The position numbers were made by a program, and so were the translations under genes. A DNA stretch of 64,000 bases from Chitinophagales bacterium (lineage in GTDB: Bacteria > Bacteroidota > Bacteroidia > Chitinophagales > CAIODY01), in assembly GCA_026461075.1 (NCBI GenBank), contig JAPJNH010000051.1, forward strand, positions 65,816 through 129,815, written 5' to 3'. The first letter of the stretch is position 1. Every line of letters begins with the position of its first letter. The notes under the pieces are model-generated. The model had not been told where the DNA came from. It was given only the letters and a program-made list of their open reading frames with translations, and ran no database searches. This document shows positions 1-8,770 of this stretch, piece after piece.

Positions 1-50
1 AAGAATATAAGCGTCTTCCTTGACTTAGGCTACAATTTTTTGCACCTATT

Positions 51-1853
51 TTAAAGATTGTACATTTTCTCCCATCGAGCGATAGACTGCAATTTCCACA
101 TTAATCTTGGATTCGCATGATAGTTTGGCAAGGCACGATAAACTTCCTTTAATAGGCGACTATTGCTTATCAACGAAGCCATTTCTCCTTGGGCATTCTG
201 CCATAGATAATCGGGAGAAGTAAACCCAATTTTAGTTTTTTGATTTGCCACATTCGTGAGTCCTGCCTTACCTAGAGCCGAACGCAGAATCCGTTTAGTT
301 TGCGCCTCTTTTAACTTATGATCTTGTGGAAGCTGAATTATAAAATCAGCTAATTGATTTTCTAGAAAAGGCTGACGCCCTTCTATACCGAAAGCGCCGC
401 CATTTCGATCTTCGTAACGTAACAATTTTGGCAAATGGAGCACTTCTATTTCATTTGCATATAATGCCGAAAGATTAAAATAAGAATTTGCTTCCGCCTC
501 CCAAATAGCTTTCTCGGCCAATTGCATCTTATCTGCAAACATCCCTCTGTGAAGGTGTTTCACGCGAGCCGTCCGCAATTTAGCCTTTGCAAACATTTGT
601 TCAAAAATCAAAAACTTGGTGAAAGATGCATTCATTTTTACACTCAATTTTTGAAAATAACGCAGCTTGTTTATTATCGATAAGGGTAAACTTTCCAACA
701 AAGAATATCGTTCATATCCCAACAATAATTCATCCGCTCCTTGTCCACTTAGCATCACTCTCACCCCTTGCTGAGCTGCAATTTTCATCATCCGATACTG
801 CATATAAACAGAAGGATCCGTGAAGGGTTCTTCTTGCACATAACTTAAATCATTCAACTCCGCAATCAATTCATCTGACTTAAACGCTACGGCAGTAAAA
901 TGATCTTCTGGTCCGGCGAATGCATCAAAAACTTTCTTAGCTTGAATTCGTTCATCCTGCCAACCCCCTGTCACACCTACTGTGAAAGCGTTAACAACAC
1001 TATTTCTGTTTTTCAAACCATAAAAGAGCCAAGAACTATCTAGTCCGGCACTTAGCGCAATCCCCTGTTTAACGGCATTACGACTTTGCAACATTATAGC
1101 ATTGGCACTCAGTTCTTCAAAACGCAACACATTTTCTTCAAAGGAATGTGAAACCAAACTTTGACTCCACTGATTCGAATGCCATTGCTTGACTTCGATT
1201 TTTATATTTTGAATATCGACTTCTACATACTGGCCGCCAAGCAGCGCAAACACCTTCTCAAAAGCAGTTTGAGCTGAAAAATTCTCTGCGTTGAATAATA
1301 AAAAATTAACCAGCGCATTAAAATTAGGCGCAGGATTATTGGCAACAACAAGTTGCTTTATCTCGGATGCAAAATAAATAGTATTCGATTGTACTTGGTA
1401 GTGCAAGGGCTTGACGCCGAATCTATCTACCGCAAGCGTTAATTTTCTCTTGGCTATATTATACCAAGAAAGCGCAAAAATCCCGTTTATTTTAGAAAGG
1501 AATTCGAGTCCATAATAGAACAAGCCTTGGGCTAAAACTTCGGTATCTGCCTCACTGGTAAACACACAGCCTTGAGACTGCAATTCCTTACGGAGTTCGA
1601 TATAGTTATAGATCGATCCATTCCAGGATAACACAAATTTCTCTTTAAAAAGAAAAGGCTGTAACGTTGCATGCGTGCTGTCTGGCGATTGCATAATATG
1701 CAGTTGCCGTTGACCAACACGATAACACTCGTCCCGCCAAACACCCTCAGCATCTGGACCACGCCTTTGCCCTTGTGAAAGCATTCGCAGCAAGAGCGCA
1801 TCTGTTTGCGCTGGATGGTGCGAAGCACTTAGAATGCCGGCGATGGCACACAT
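51..1853 (-). CDS. Asparagine synthase (glutamine-hydrolysing)-like amidotransferase; last gene of a surface-polysaccharide operon
   Basis: 600-aa ORF. N-terminal MCAIAG provides the Cys2 nucleophile of class-II Ntn glutaminases. PP-loop-like ALSAGLDSS. Length fits the AsnB family. Starts 3 nt after the upstream gene. Confidence 0.85.
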   Translation of the reverse strand: MCAIAGILSASHHPAQTDALLLRMLSQGQRRGPDAEGVWRDECYRVGQRQLHIMQSPDSTHATLQPFLFKEKFVLSWNGSIYNYIELRKELQSQGCVFTSEADTEVLAQGLFYYGLEFLSKINGIFALSWYNIAKRKLTLAVDRFGVKPLHYQVQSNTIYFASEIKQLVVANNPAPNFNALVNFLLFNAENFSAQTAFEKVFALLGGQYVEVDIQNIKIEVKQWHSNQWSQSLVSHSFEENVLRFEELSANAIMLQSRNAVKQGIALSAGLDSSWLFYGLKNRNSVVNAFTVGVTGGWQDERIQAKKVFDAFAGPEDHFTAVAFKSDELIAELNDLSYVQEEPFTDPSVYMQYRMMKIAAQQGVRVMLSGQGADELLLGYERYSLLESLPLSIINKLRYFQKLSVKMNASFTKFLIFEQMFAKAKLRTARVKHLHRGMFADKMQLAEKAIWEAEANSYFNLSALYANEIEVLHLPKLLRYEDRNGGAFGIEGRQPFLENQLADFIIQLPQDHKLKEAQTKRILRSALGKAGLTNVANQKTKIGFTSPDYLWQNAQGEMASLISNSRLLKEVYRALPNYHANPRLMWKLQSIARWEKMYNL

Positions 1854-1856
1854 CGA

Positions 1857-2867
1857 TTAAGGCTTTAACGCGTAAATACGTTCGATAATTTCAACTACTT
1901 TCAAGCCTTCTAAAGCGTTGGTAGTTGCGGAAGTTTTTCCTTTAAGGGTATCAACCACATTTTCAATCACATAGTGGTGATTGGCAGCACTACCTTTGTA
2001 AGCACCATAATCGTTTGGAGGATTAGAAGGTGGCAATTCAGGCATTGTATAGTTTTCAATGTGGCAATATTCCACTTTATCCATGTACTGACCACCTACT
2101 TTAATACTACCCTTCTCACCTATAATAGTGATCGAGCTTTCGAGATTTTTATCCCACATAGAGGTAGAGTAATTCAACACCCCAATTCCTCCGTTAATAA
2201 ATTTGAAGTTAACAGAACCAGAATCTTCGAAAGGTGTATAGGCGTGATTGAAGTTCTCAAAGCGCGCTTGAATATCCTGAATGTCACCTAACAACCAATA
2301 CATGATGTCTAAGAAATGACTGAACTGTGTAAATAAAGGACCGCCATCTAAATCAAGCGTTCCTTTCCAGCCACCTTTCTTATAATAACGCTCATCACGA
2401 TTCCAATAGCAATTAATTTGCGCCATGAAGATCTTTCCTAGACGTTCTTCTGTCAATACTTGTTTTAACCAAGCACTTGGCGGACTGTATCTATTTTGCA
2501 TAACACAGAATACGTGCTTATGCGCTTGTAATGACTTATAAATAACTTGTTCACACGCAGCTTTTGTAAGGCCCATAGGCTTTTCAACTACCACGTGACA
2601 GTTTCTGTCTAATGCTTTAATGGCATGTTCTGCATGATAGCCATTTGGCGTACAAACATTGATGACATCAATTTTAATATCAGAGGCCATCAACTCTTCG
2701 ATAGAGCTGAAATAAGCACATCCGTATTGTGTTTCTATTTCTTCTTTTAAAGCGGTATTAACATCCACAGCAGCTACCAACTCTGCATCTGGATTGTTCT
2801 TAATCATTTGTGCATGGCGCTTTCCGATATGGCCCATGCCAATTACAGCGAATTTAAACTTATTCAT
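1857..2867 (-). CDS. Gfo/Idh/MocA-family NAD(P)-dependent sugar oxidoreductase
   Basis: 336 aa. Rossmann N-terminus FAVIGMGHIGKRH and VVVEKPM motif typical of the family. ATGA start/stop overlap with the upstream gene at 2864-2867. Confidence 0.8.
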   Translation of the reverse strand: MNKFKFAVIGMGHIGKRHAQMIKNNPDAELVAAVDVNTALKEEIETQYGCAYFSSIEELMASDIKIDVINVCTPNGYHAEHAIKALDRNCHVVVEKPMGLTKAACEQVIYKSLQAHKHVFCVMQNRYSPPSAWLKQVLTEERLGKIFMAQINCYWNRDERYYKKGGWKGTLDLDGGPLFTQFSHFLDIMYWLLGDIQDIQARFENFNHAYTPFEDSGSVNFKFINGGIGVLNYSTSMWDKNLESSITIIGEKGSIKVGGQYMDKVEYCHIENYTMPELPPSNPPNDYGAYKGSAANHHYVIENVVDTLKGKTSATTNALEGLKVVEIIERIYALKP

Positions 2868-3943
2868 TTTTTCAGTTTTCTTTTAACTAAAACGTCAACG
2901 ATTATGGAAAGTAAAATAGCAAAACCCAAAAGCAGCGCGAATAGAACTTCCGTTTGAATTTTATTCAGTAAAAATGCAATTGCAATAAAAACAAGGTTCA
3001 CAAACGCAAGTAACATAGAAGCATTTATGTGCGAGAACCCGAGAATTAACAACTGATGATGCATATGCAGATTATCTGCATGGAATGGAGACCGCCCTTT
3101 CAATAAACGCAAAACAAAAACACGCAAAAGGTCAAAAACAGGAATGATAATAATACCGAAAGCAACTACCGGAGCGGAATTAATTCTAAGATTCACAGGC
3201 ACCAAATGGTTCAAATTAATGAATAATATGGTCAGAATACCAATAATTGTTCCAATTAGCATCGAACCGGTATCACCCATAAAGATACGTGCAGGTGTAA
3301 TGTTAAATTGTAAAAAAGCTAGGATTGACCCCATGATTGCAGTCGCAAAAATCAAAGGCTGTGGATAGCCCGCATGATAAAACCACCACGCGAAGGTACC
3401 TGCTGTGATTAACCCAATAGAACCTGCAAGGGCATCAATACCATCGATCATATTGAACGCATTTATGCTAAGCATAATAAACAATACACTAAAAACAATA
3501 CTCACTTCATAACCTAGTGCATGCACCCCAAAAACCCCTCCCCAAGAATCGATGCGAATATCTCCTGCCCAAACAATTATCAATGAGGCAATAAATTGGC
3601 CTATAAATTTAGAGTACGGTGAAAGAATGATGATATCATCCTTAATTCCTAAAAAGAACAAAATGAGTAATGCTGCCATTACAAACTGACGCCCATGAAA
3701 GGTGTAAGTATCTGTAAAAAGCATTAGAGAAATGATTGATCCTGCAAAAATTGCTAGTCCTCCTAAAGTTGGAACGACACGCTTATGTAACTTTCGATTA
3801 TCATCTGGTTCGTCGAATAAATGCTTTAATCGTGCTACTTGAATGATAGAAGGAATAGAAACCCATGTAATCAGAAAAGAACAAATCATCGCTAATGCTG
3901 GAAAAAACAACATCGACTTGGTGAGTAAATTAAAGCGCTCCAT
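2864..3943 (-). CDS. Polytopic MraY/WecA-family polyprenyl-phosphate HexNAc-1-phosphate transferase
   Basis: 359 aa, about 10 hydrophobic segments. Family motifs NAFNMIDGIDALAG and FMGDTGSM. Confidence 0.85.
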   Translation of the reverse strand: MERFNLLTKSMLFFPALAMICSFLITWVSIPSIIQVARLKHLFDEPDDNRKLHKRVVPTLGGLAIFAGSIISLMLFTDTYTFHGRQFVMAALLILFFLGIKDDIIILSPYSKFIGQFIASLIIVWAGDIRIDSWGGVFGVHALGYEVSIVFSVLFIMLSINAFNMIDGIDALAGSIGLITAGTFAWWFYHAGYPQPLIFATAIMGSILAFLQFNITPARIFMGDTGSMLIGTIIGILTILFINLNHLVPVNLRINSAPVVAFGIIIIPVFDLLRVFVLRLLKGRSPFHADNLHMHHQLLILGFSHINASMLLAFVNLVFIAIAFLLNKIQTEVLFALLLGFAILLSIIVDVLVKRKLKK

Positions 3944-3976
3944 CCTACTTCTTAATATTTACGGCAAATATACGAA

Positions 3977-4666
3977 TTAATTCGCGTTTACCGACGTATT
4001 AAATGGATTCGGAGGCAAATCACTAAACACTTGATAGACAAGTCTGTTTTGCTTAAAAACCAAACTAATTGCGGTTAGACAGAGAATTAAAAAATCAACT
4101 TTTAGTCCCTTATTTTTCTGATACCACATTTCCAATTGTCCCTTATAAGGATAGATTCGTTGTTTGTAGAAATCATGTGGACTTTGAAATTCCGTTTGGG
4201 TAGAAACCAAATGTTCCTCATCTCTAAAAATCAAGGATCCGATTCCTGTTATTCCTGGCACAGAATTATAAACTTTCTCTTGTACTTCAGGTGAATAATA
4301 AGCGAAACTCACTGGCATCAAGGGGCGTGGTCCAACCAAACTCATATCACCCGTTAAAACATTAAATATTTGTGGTAATTCATTCAACTTTGTAATGCGT
4401 AAATATTTCCCCCAGAAGGTAACGCGCGGATCATTACGAAGCGTAACATCCTTGCTTCCCATATTGGGTGAATTTTTTAACATGGTAGCAAACTTCCAAA
4501 TTTTAAACTTAGACAATCGATACCCTACTCTATCTTGTCCGTATAGTACCTCCCCTTCCCCAGAGAATCGCAATAGAATAATGATTGGAATTAAAACAGG
4601 AGACAATATTAACGCTACTATCAAAGCGACGATAAAATCAAAAAAACGTTTTAAAACAGGATACAT
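3977..4666 (-). CDS. Small monotopic 'bacterial sugar transferase' (PglC/WbaP C-domain type phosphoglycosyl transferase)
   Basis: 229 aa with a single N-terminal hydrophobic hairpin. Motifs KIWKFATM, PRVTFWGKYLRITKLNELPQIFNVLTGDMSLVGPRP. Confidence 0.85.
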   Translation of the reverse strand: MYPVLKRFFDFIVALIVALILSPVLIPIIILLRFSGEGEVLYGQDRVGYRLSKFKIWKFATMLKNSPNMGSKDVTLRNDPRVTFWGKYLRITKLNELPQIFNVLTGDMSLVGPRPLMPVSFAYYSPEVQEKVYNSVPGITGIGSLIFRDEEHLVSTQTEFQSPHDFYKQRIYPYKGQLEMWYQKNKGLKVDFLILCLTAISLVFKQNRLVYQVFSDLPPNPFNTSVNAN

Positions 4667-4678
4667 AACTCGTAATTT

Positions 4679-5806
4679 CTAGGCTTTGAAAATGGCAGCA
4701 CTCATATGATGCCATTCGTATTTTTTCTTTTCTTCTTTAACTCCTTCGACTAATTTTCCAGCAGTATTTGAACTAAAAAACTTTAAGATAGCTTCTGCTA
4801 TTGCTGCAGCACTGACTTCCGTGACGAAGCCAACCTTTCCATCTGGAACGATTTCTGGCAAACCACCAACATTAGTCACTACCATTGGCTTTTCAAAGTG
4901 ATAAGCCATTTGCGAAATGCCACTTTGCGTTGCGGTACGATAAGGTTGTACCACCACATCTGCAGCATTGAAGTAATTAGCTACCTCACTATTGGGGATA
5001 AAGTCGGTATGCATAATGCATGACGAAGCTATCCCGTATTTATGAATTAAATCAGTATAAAAGGTTGCGTCTTCGTAAAATTCACCTGCAACTAGCAATT
5101 TAATACCTGCAGCTTTAATACGTTCGTCATTCATCGCCTCTAATAAAATATCCAAGCCTTTGTACTTTCGAATAAAGCCAAAAAATAGCACTACTTTATC
5201 TTCCGAAGCAATACCTAATTTTTGACGAGCTACCGTATTTGATTCTACGGCACCAAAATGATCATATAAAGGGTGAGGAATAAAATCGCAAGGAAGATTT
5301 GCTTGCAAGGTTTTTAAGTCGGCCTGTACGGAACGACTCATAGCGATACATGCGTCCACTGCTTTTAAGAAATATTGGGTGAAGGGCAAATCGCCCGGAC
5401 GCTTTTCGTGTGGGATTACGTTATCTAAAATACTAATGACGCGCGTATGTTTATTCCGTTTCAAGATGCGTAATATCGTACCGAAGCAGGGTCCCATAAA
5501 GGGCAACCAAAACTTAACGATTAAAATATCAGGACGAAGCTTTTTTAATTCGCGACCAATCTTAATCCAATTGAATGGATTGATAGAATTTACCTTAACC
5601 TTGATCGTCAAATTTTCTGGCGCTGGTTCATCGCTATATTGCGAAGTTCCAGGAAATAAAAAATTAGGGTATTGCAAGGAGAACGTATATATCTGCACTT
5701 CATGTCCCTCCGCTTGCAGTTGATAGGCTAATCGCTCATTGAAAGCCGACAGACCACCTCTGAGTGGATGTGCACTTCCTAGTATTACTATTTTCTTTGC
5801 GCTCAT
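4679..5806 (-). CDS. GT4-family (GT-B fold) glycosyltransferase
   Basis: The ORF track begins at 5824. I prefer the ATG at 5806 (MSAKKIVILGSAHPLRGG), which forms an ATGA overlap with the ispE stop (5803-5805). C-terminal half has a typical GT4 donor-binding region (FGFIRKYKGLD ... EKPMVVTNVGGLPEIV). Confidence 0.8.
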   Translation of the reverse strand: MSAKKIVILGSAHPLRGGLSAFNERLAYQLQAEGHEVQIYTFSLQYPNFLFPGTSQYSDEPAPENLTIKVKVNSINPFNWIKIGRELKKLRPDILIVKFWLPFMGPCFGTILRILKRNKHTRVISILDNVIPHEKRPGDLPFTQYFLKAVDACIAMSRSVQADLKTLQANLPCDFIPHPLYDHFGAVESNTVARQKLGIASEDKVVLFFGFIRKYKGLDILLEAMNDERIKAAGIKLLVAGEFYEDATFYTDLIHKYGIASSCIMHTDFIPNSEVANYFNAADVVVQPYRTATQSGISQMAYHFEKPMVVTNVGGLPEIVPDGKVGFVTEVSAAAIAEAILKFFSSNTAGKLVEGVKEEKKKYEWHHMSAAIFKA

Positions 5807-6618
5807 TCTTCGTGAATAAAACAATTATAGCCATACATCTGCAACTGCTCGAGTGGCAATGGATCGCTTGATTTAAAGATACCAAAAAGTGTGCTACCGC
5901 TCCCACTCATAGAGGCATAAACAGCTCCAAATTCGTAGAGGGCTTCTTTTATTTCTGCCAATTCAGGATGAGCCTCAAAAATAGGCGCTTCAAAATCGTT
6001 GATTAATTTCTCTTTCCAATTTTCAATTGGACCCTGTAAGGTCTCTGAAATAGAATATTCAGCAGCCTTAGGTTTAATCTGACTATAGGCCCAAGGCGTG
6101 GAAACTCCTACAGCAGGATATACAAGCAATATATTGTACCCTTTTAAATTTAAATTAAACGGAGTCAATACCTCACCTCTTCCCGTCGCCATTTGCGGCG
6201 TATTGTCGATAAAGAAAGCACAATCACTTCCTAGTTTAGCGGCTAACGACTTTAAAGTGTTCGCATCTAAATGAAGTGAAAACATTTCATTTAAAACACG
6301 TAAGGTGAAAGCGGCGTCTGAGGAACCGCCTCCCAAACCACCTCCCATTGGCAAAACCTTATGCAAATGAATATGTACAGGAGGAATATCATAGACTTCT
6401 TTCAGAAGCGTATAAGCTTTTAAACACAAATTACTTTCTTCAGTACCGGGAATGGCTAAGCCACCAGAGGTAAATTTCAATTGATTCGCGCGAACAACTT
6501 CCAAAGCGTCCTTCCATTTTACAGGATAAAAAACAGACGCAATTTCATGAAATCCATCTTCGCGTTTACGAAGGATATTCAGACCTAGATTTATCTTTGC
6601 ATTCGGATAGACAATCAT
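5803..6618 (-). CDS. ispE: 4-(cytidine 5'-diphospho)-2-C-methyl-D-erythritol kinase
   Basis: 271 aa. MIVYPNAKINLGLNI N-terminus and GHMP-kinase loop PMGGGLGGGSSDAA. Confidence 0.9.
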   Translation of the reverse strand: MIVYPNAKINLGLNILRKREDGFHEIASVFYPVKWKDALEVVRANQLKFTSGGLAIPGTEESNLCLKAYTLLKEVYDIPPVHIHLHKVLPMGGGLGGGSSDAAFTLRVLNEMFSLHLDANTLKSLAAKLGSDCAFFIDNTPQMATGRGEVLTPFNLNLKGYNILLVYPAVGVSTPWAYSQIKPKAAEYSISETLQGPIENWKEKLINDFEAPIFEAHPELAEIKEALYEFGAVYASMSGSGSTLFGIFKSSDPLPLEQLQMYGYNCFIHEE

Positions 6619-6643
6619 TTCGCGAAGTAAAGGATAATTTCAA

Positions 6644-6651
6644 TAAGTTTG
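6644..6651 (+). promoter_or_regulatory. Bacteroidota-type -7 promoter box (TAnnTTTG)
   Basis: TAAGTTTG, ending 8 nt before the ATG at 6660. Confidence 0.3.
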
Positions 6652-6659
6652 CACGAATT

Positions 6660-7520
6660 ATGTCAACAAACACCAGAATTATTACATCGAATTTGTGGAT
6701 TAGCTTAAGCGCTGCGAGTATTACAGCTTACTTCGCTATTTCGTTTGGAGCAGATTATGATTTGACCTTGTTTTGGCTTATCCTGAGTGCCTTTCTGAGT
6801 ACCTATGCCATCTATACTTTTTATCGGCAGCAAAAAAAAATATGGCTCTGGATGATTCCTGCGGCACTTGCCTTTCTAATATCCTTCACTATGAATTCGC
6901 TAAATATAATCATTGGGATTAATCTAATTCTTTGCCTCCTCTATCAAACGCCTTTTTCAAAATATCCTTTACGAAAAAACCCATGGGCAAAACCGTTACT
7001 TATAGCAGCCTGCTGGTTGAATACGATTTGGTTGGCACCGCTACTACAATATGCAGTTCCTGTTTGGGAAAGTATGGCGGCTAGTCTCGCTCAGAAAAAT
7101 AGTTTATTTCCGAATGGTGCTGATCAATTTATACAAACACAATGGAAAGCGGCAGCAGCTAACGGAGTCGCTATCTTCTGTATCTATTATGCGCTTTGTT
7201 TGCTTACAGATCTTAACCAAGTTAAGGAGGATCAAAAAAATGCATTCATCAGCTTTCCAATTAAGTATGGCTTGAAAACAACCTTTTATAGTGCTTTGCT
7301 GTTAATACTCCCGATGCTTTGTTTCTCCTTCATCCATTTCCCTTATAGTCTGTTTATGATCGACCAATGGGAAGCCTTGATATGGGTACTAAGTAGCCTA
7401 GTCGTAATAATCATGGTCAATAAAAAACCGAATTTATCTTCGAATGCATTTTGGATAGACAATATAATTGGCTGTTGTGCTTTATCTTTTTTAGTATTGC
7501 ATTTCATTAAATCACTCTAA
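6660..7520 (+). CDS. Polytopic membrane protein, distantly UbiA-prenyltransferase-like
   Basis: Start moved to the ATG at 6660 (MSTNTRIITSN), because the track's upstream extension overlaps divergent ispE. About 8-9 hydrophobic segments. LTDLNQVKEDQKNAFISFPIKYG resembles the second Asp-rich motif of UbiA-family enzymes. Confidence 0.6.
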   Translation: MSTNTRIITSNLWISLSAASITAYFAISFGADYDLTLFWLILSAFLSTYAIYTFYRQQKKIWLWMIPAALAFLISFTMNSLNIIIGINLILCLLYQTPFSKYPLRKNPWAKPLLIAACWLNTIWLAPLLQYAVPVWESMAASLAQKNSLFPNGADQFIQTQWKAAAANGVAIFCIYYALCLLTDLNQVKEDQKNAFISFPIKYGLKTTFYSALLLILPMLCFSFIHFPYSLFMIDQWEALIWVLSSLVVIIMVNKKPNLSSNAFWIDNIIGCCALSFLVLHFIKSL

Positions 7521-7522
7521 AG

Positions 7523-7530
7523 TATCTTTG
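7523..7530 (+). promoter_or_regulatory. Bacteroidota-type -7 promoter box (TAnnTTTG)
   Basis: TATCTTTG, ending 4 nt before the ribE ATG at 7535. Confidence 0.3.
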
Positions 7531-7534
7531 GCGA

Positions 7535-8140
7535 ATGTTTACAGGAATTATTGAATCTACCGGCAAGCTAATAGCAGTTTCAAAGGAAGGAAGCAACCTA
7601 AGACTTAGAATGCAAGCCAAATTTACGCAAGAATTGAAAGTAGATCAAAGTGTTGCGCATAATGGTATTTGTCTTACGATATCAAATCTGTCTACCGACT
7701 GGTACGAAGTAGTTGCTATTGATGAAACCATTCACAAAACGACTATCGGTCACTGGCAAGCAAATGACCGAATAAATTTGGAAAGAGGGATGGCCGCAAA
7801 TGCCCGTCTAGACGGACATATCGTTCAAGGTCATGTGGATGCGCAAGCAAAATGTGTTGGTATTGAAAAGAAGGAAGGAAGCTATTTGCTAAATTTTCAA
7901 TTTACGAAGGAACTCCCACTCTTAATTGAAAAAGGAAGTATAACCATCGATGGAATTTCGCTTACCTGTTTTAATTGCAAGGAAGATTTATTTTCTGTGG
8001 AGATTATTCCATATACTTGGGAACATACCAATATAGCTCATTTGAAGCTCGGTCAATTAGTGAATATCGAATCAGATTTAATTGGGCGTTATTTCTTGGC
8101 TTATTTGAAACAACAAGAATGGTTAAGAACACAGTCCTAA
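7535..8140 (+). CDS. ribE: Riboflavin synthase alpha chain
   Basis: 201 aa. Hallmark MFTGIIE N-terminus and internal duplication (VAHNGICLT / ITIDGISLT). Confidence 0.92.
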   Translation: MFTGIIESTGKLIAVSKEGSNLRLRMQAKFTQELKVDQSVAHNGICLTISNLSTDWYEVVAIDETIHKTTIGHWQANDRINLERGMAANARLDGHIVQGHVDAQAKCVGIEKKEGSYLLNFQFTKELPLLIEKGSITIDGISLTCFNCKEDLFSVEIIPYTWEHTNIAHLKLGQLVNIESDLIGRYFLAYLKQQEWLRTQS

Positions 8141-8766
8141 TTTTAGTATGTTTATTTACTTTGCTTCATTCAAAAGCGGAGGCGAAAGTAGGCTTTGCAT
8201 TTGATTTCGATCAGCGCTTCTACTTACTCAAAGATGTAAAACAAAATATTTGGGGATATCGAGGCGGTCCATATATCAATCAAAAATTCAAATGTGGAAT
8301 CGGGGTTTACTATGGGAATAATACCTATTTTTTAAAGTCGAATTCGCTTTGGGCCGCAGATTTAGATATCTATTCTGATTTCAACTTGCAGCTTAAACAA
8401 CTCGGTTTTAGTATCTATGCCGAGCCTGTCTTTTATAAAGGAAAATATAGTGAATGGAGTGTCGTAAGTGAAATAGCCTATTTTAAAAACAACTATTATA
8501 TTTTAACAGGACCTACATCAAATCAGCATATAAAATCAACTTATATACCTGCAGCTGTCGGAATTTCAAGCAACTTGAAATTTGGAGATCAATTCAGATC
8601 ACCTGTATTTAAATGGTTTGGCCTAAACATAATGGCAGGTTATCGTTTTGACATCTATGAAAGTGAAACCTCCTTAAATATGGAAGGTGTGCACCTAAGT
8701 GTTAGCAGTGCAATATTCTTAGATAAAATTTGGAGCGACCTAAAAGGATGGAAAAAGGACAAATAG
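8119..8766 (+). CDS. Secreted hypothetical protein (beta-rich, Tyr/Gly-rich)
   Basis: Start placed at the ATG at 8119 (MVKNTVLILVCLFTLLHSKAEA), which is a signal peptide. The track's longer ORF from 7975 is out of frame inside ribE. No recognisable family. Confidence 0.55.
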   Translation: MVKNTVLILVCLFTLLHSKAEAKVGFAFDFDQRFYLLKDVKQNIWGYRGGPYINQKFKCGIGVYYGNNTYFLKSNSLWAADLDIYSDFNLQLKQLGFSIYAEPVFYKGKYSEWSVVSEIAYFKNNYYILTGPTSNQHIKSTYIPAAVGISSNLKFGDQFRSPVFKWFGLNIMAGYRFDIYESETSLNMEGVHLSVSSAIFLDKIWSDLKGWKKDK

Positions 8767-8770
8767 TCCA

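Noticed and set aside
6832-6840. Homopolymer tracts as phase-variation switches: A9 at 6832-6840, T8 at 51781-51788 and 54162-54169, and A7 runs just after the ATG of several MKK-starting genes (e.g. 32222-32228, 58094-58100).
   Set aside because: They encode Lys-Lys in an AT-rich genome, as expected from codon usage. The tracts are short and not located in the adhesin genes' variable parts. Without population data there is no evidence of length variation.
7975-8118. N-terminal extensions given in the ORF track: 7975 for the secreted protein; GTG 46333 for hutI; also 39969, 58145, 61238, 62122, 19002, 21975, 5824 and 6597.
   Set aside because: In each case an internal ATG yields a canonical signal peptide or family N-terminus. 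The extension overlaps a neighbouring gene, a terminator or a -7 promoter box.
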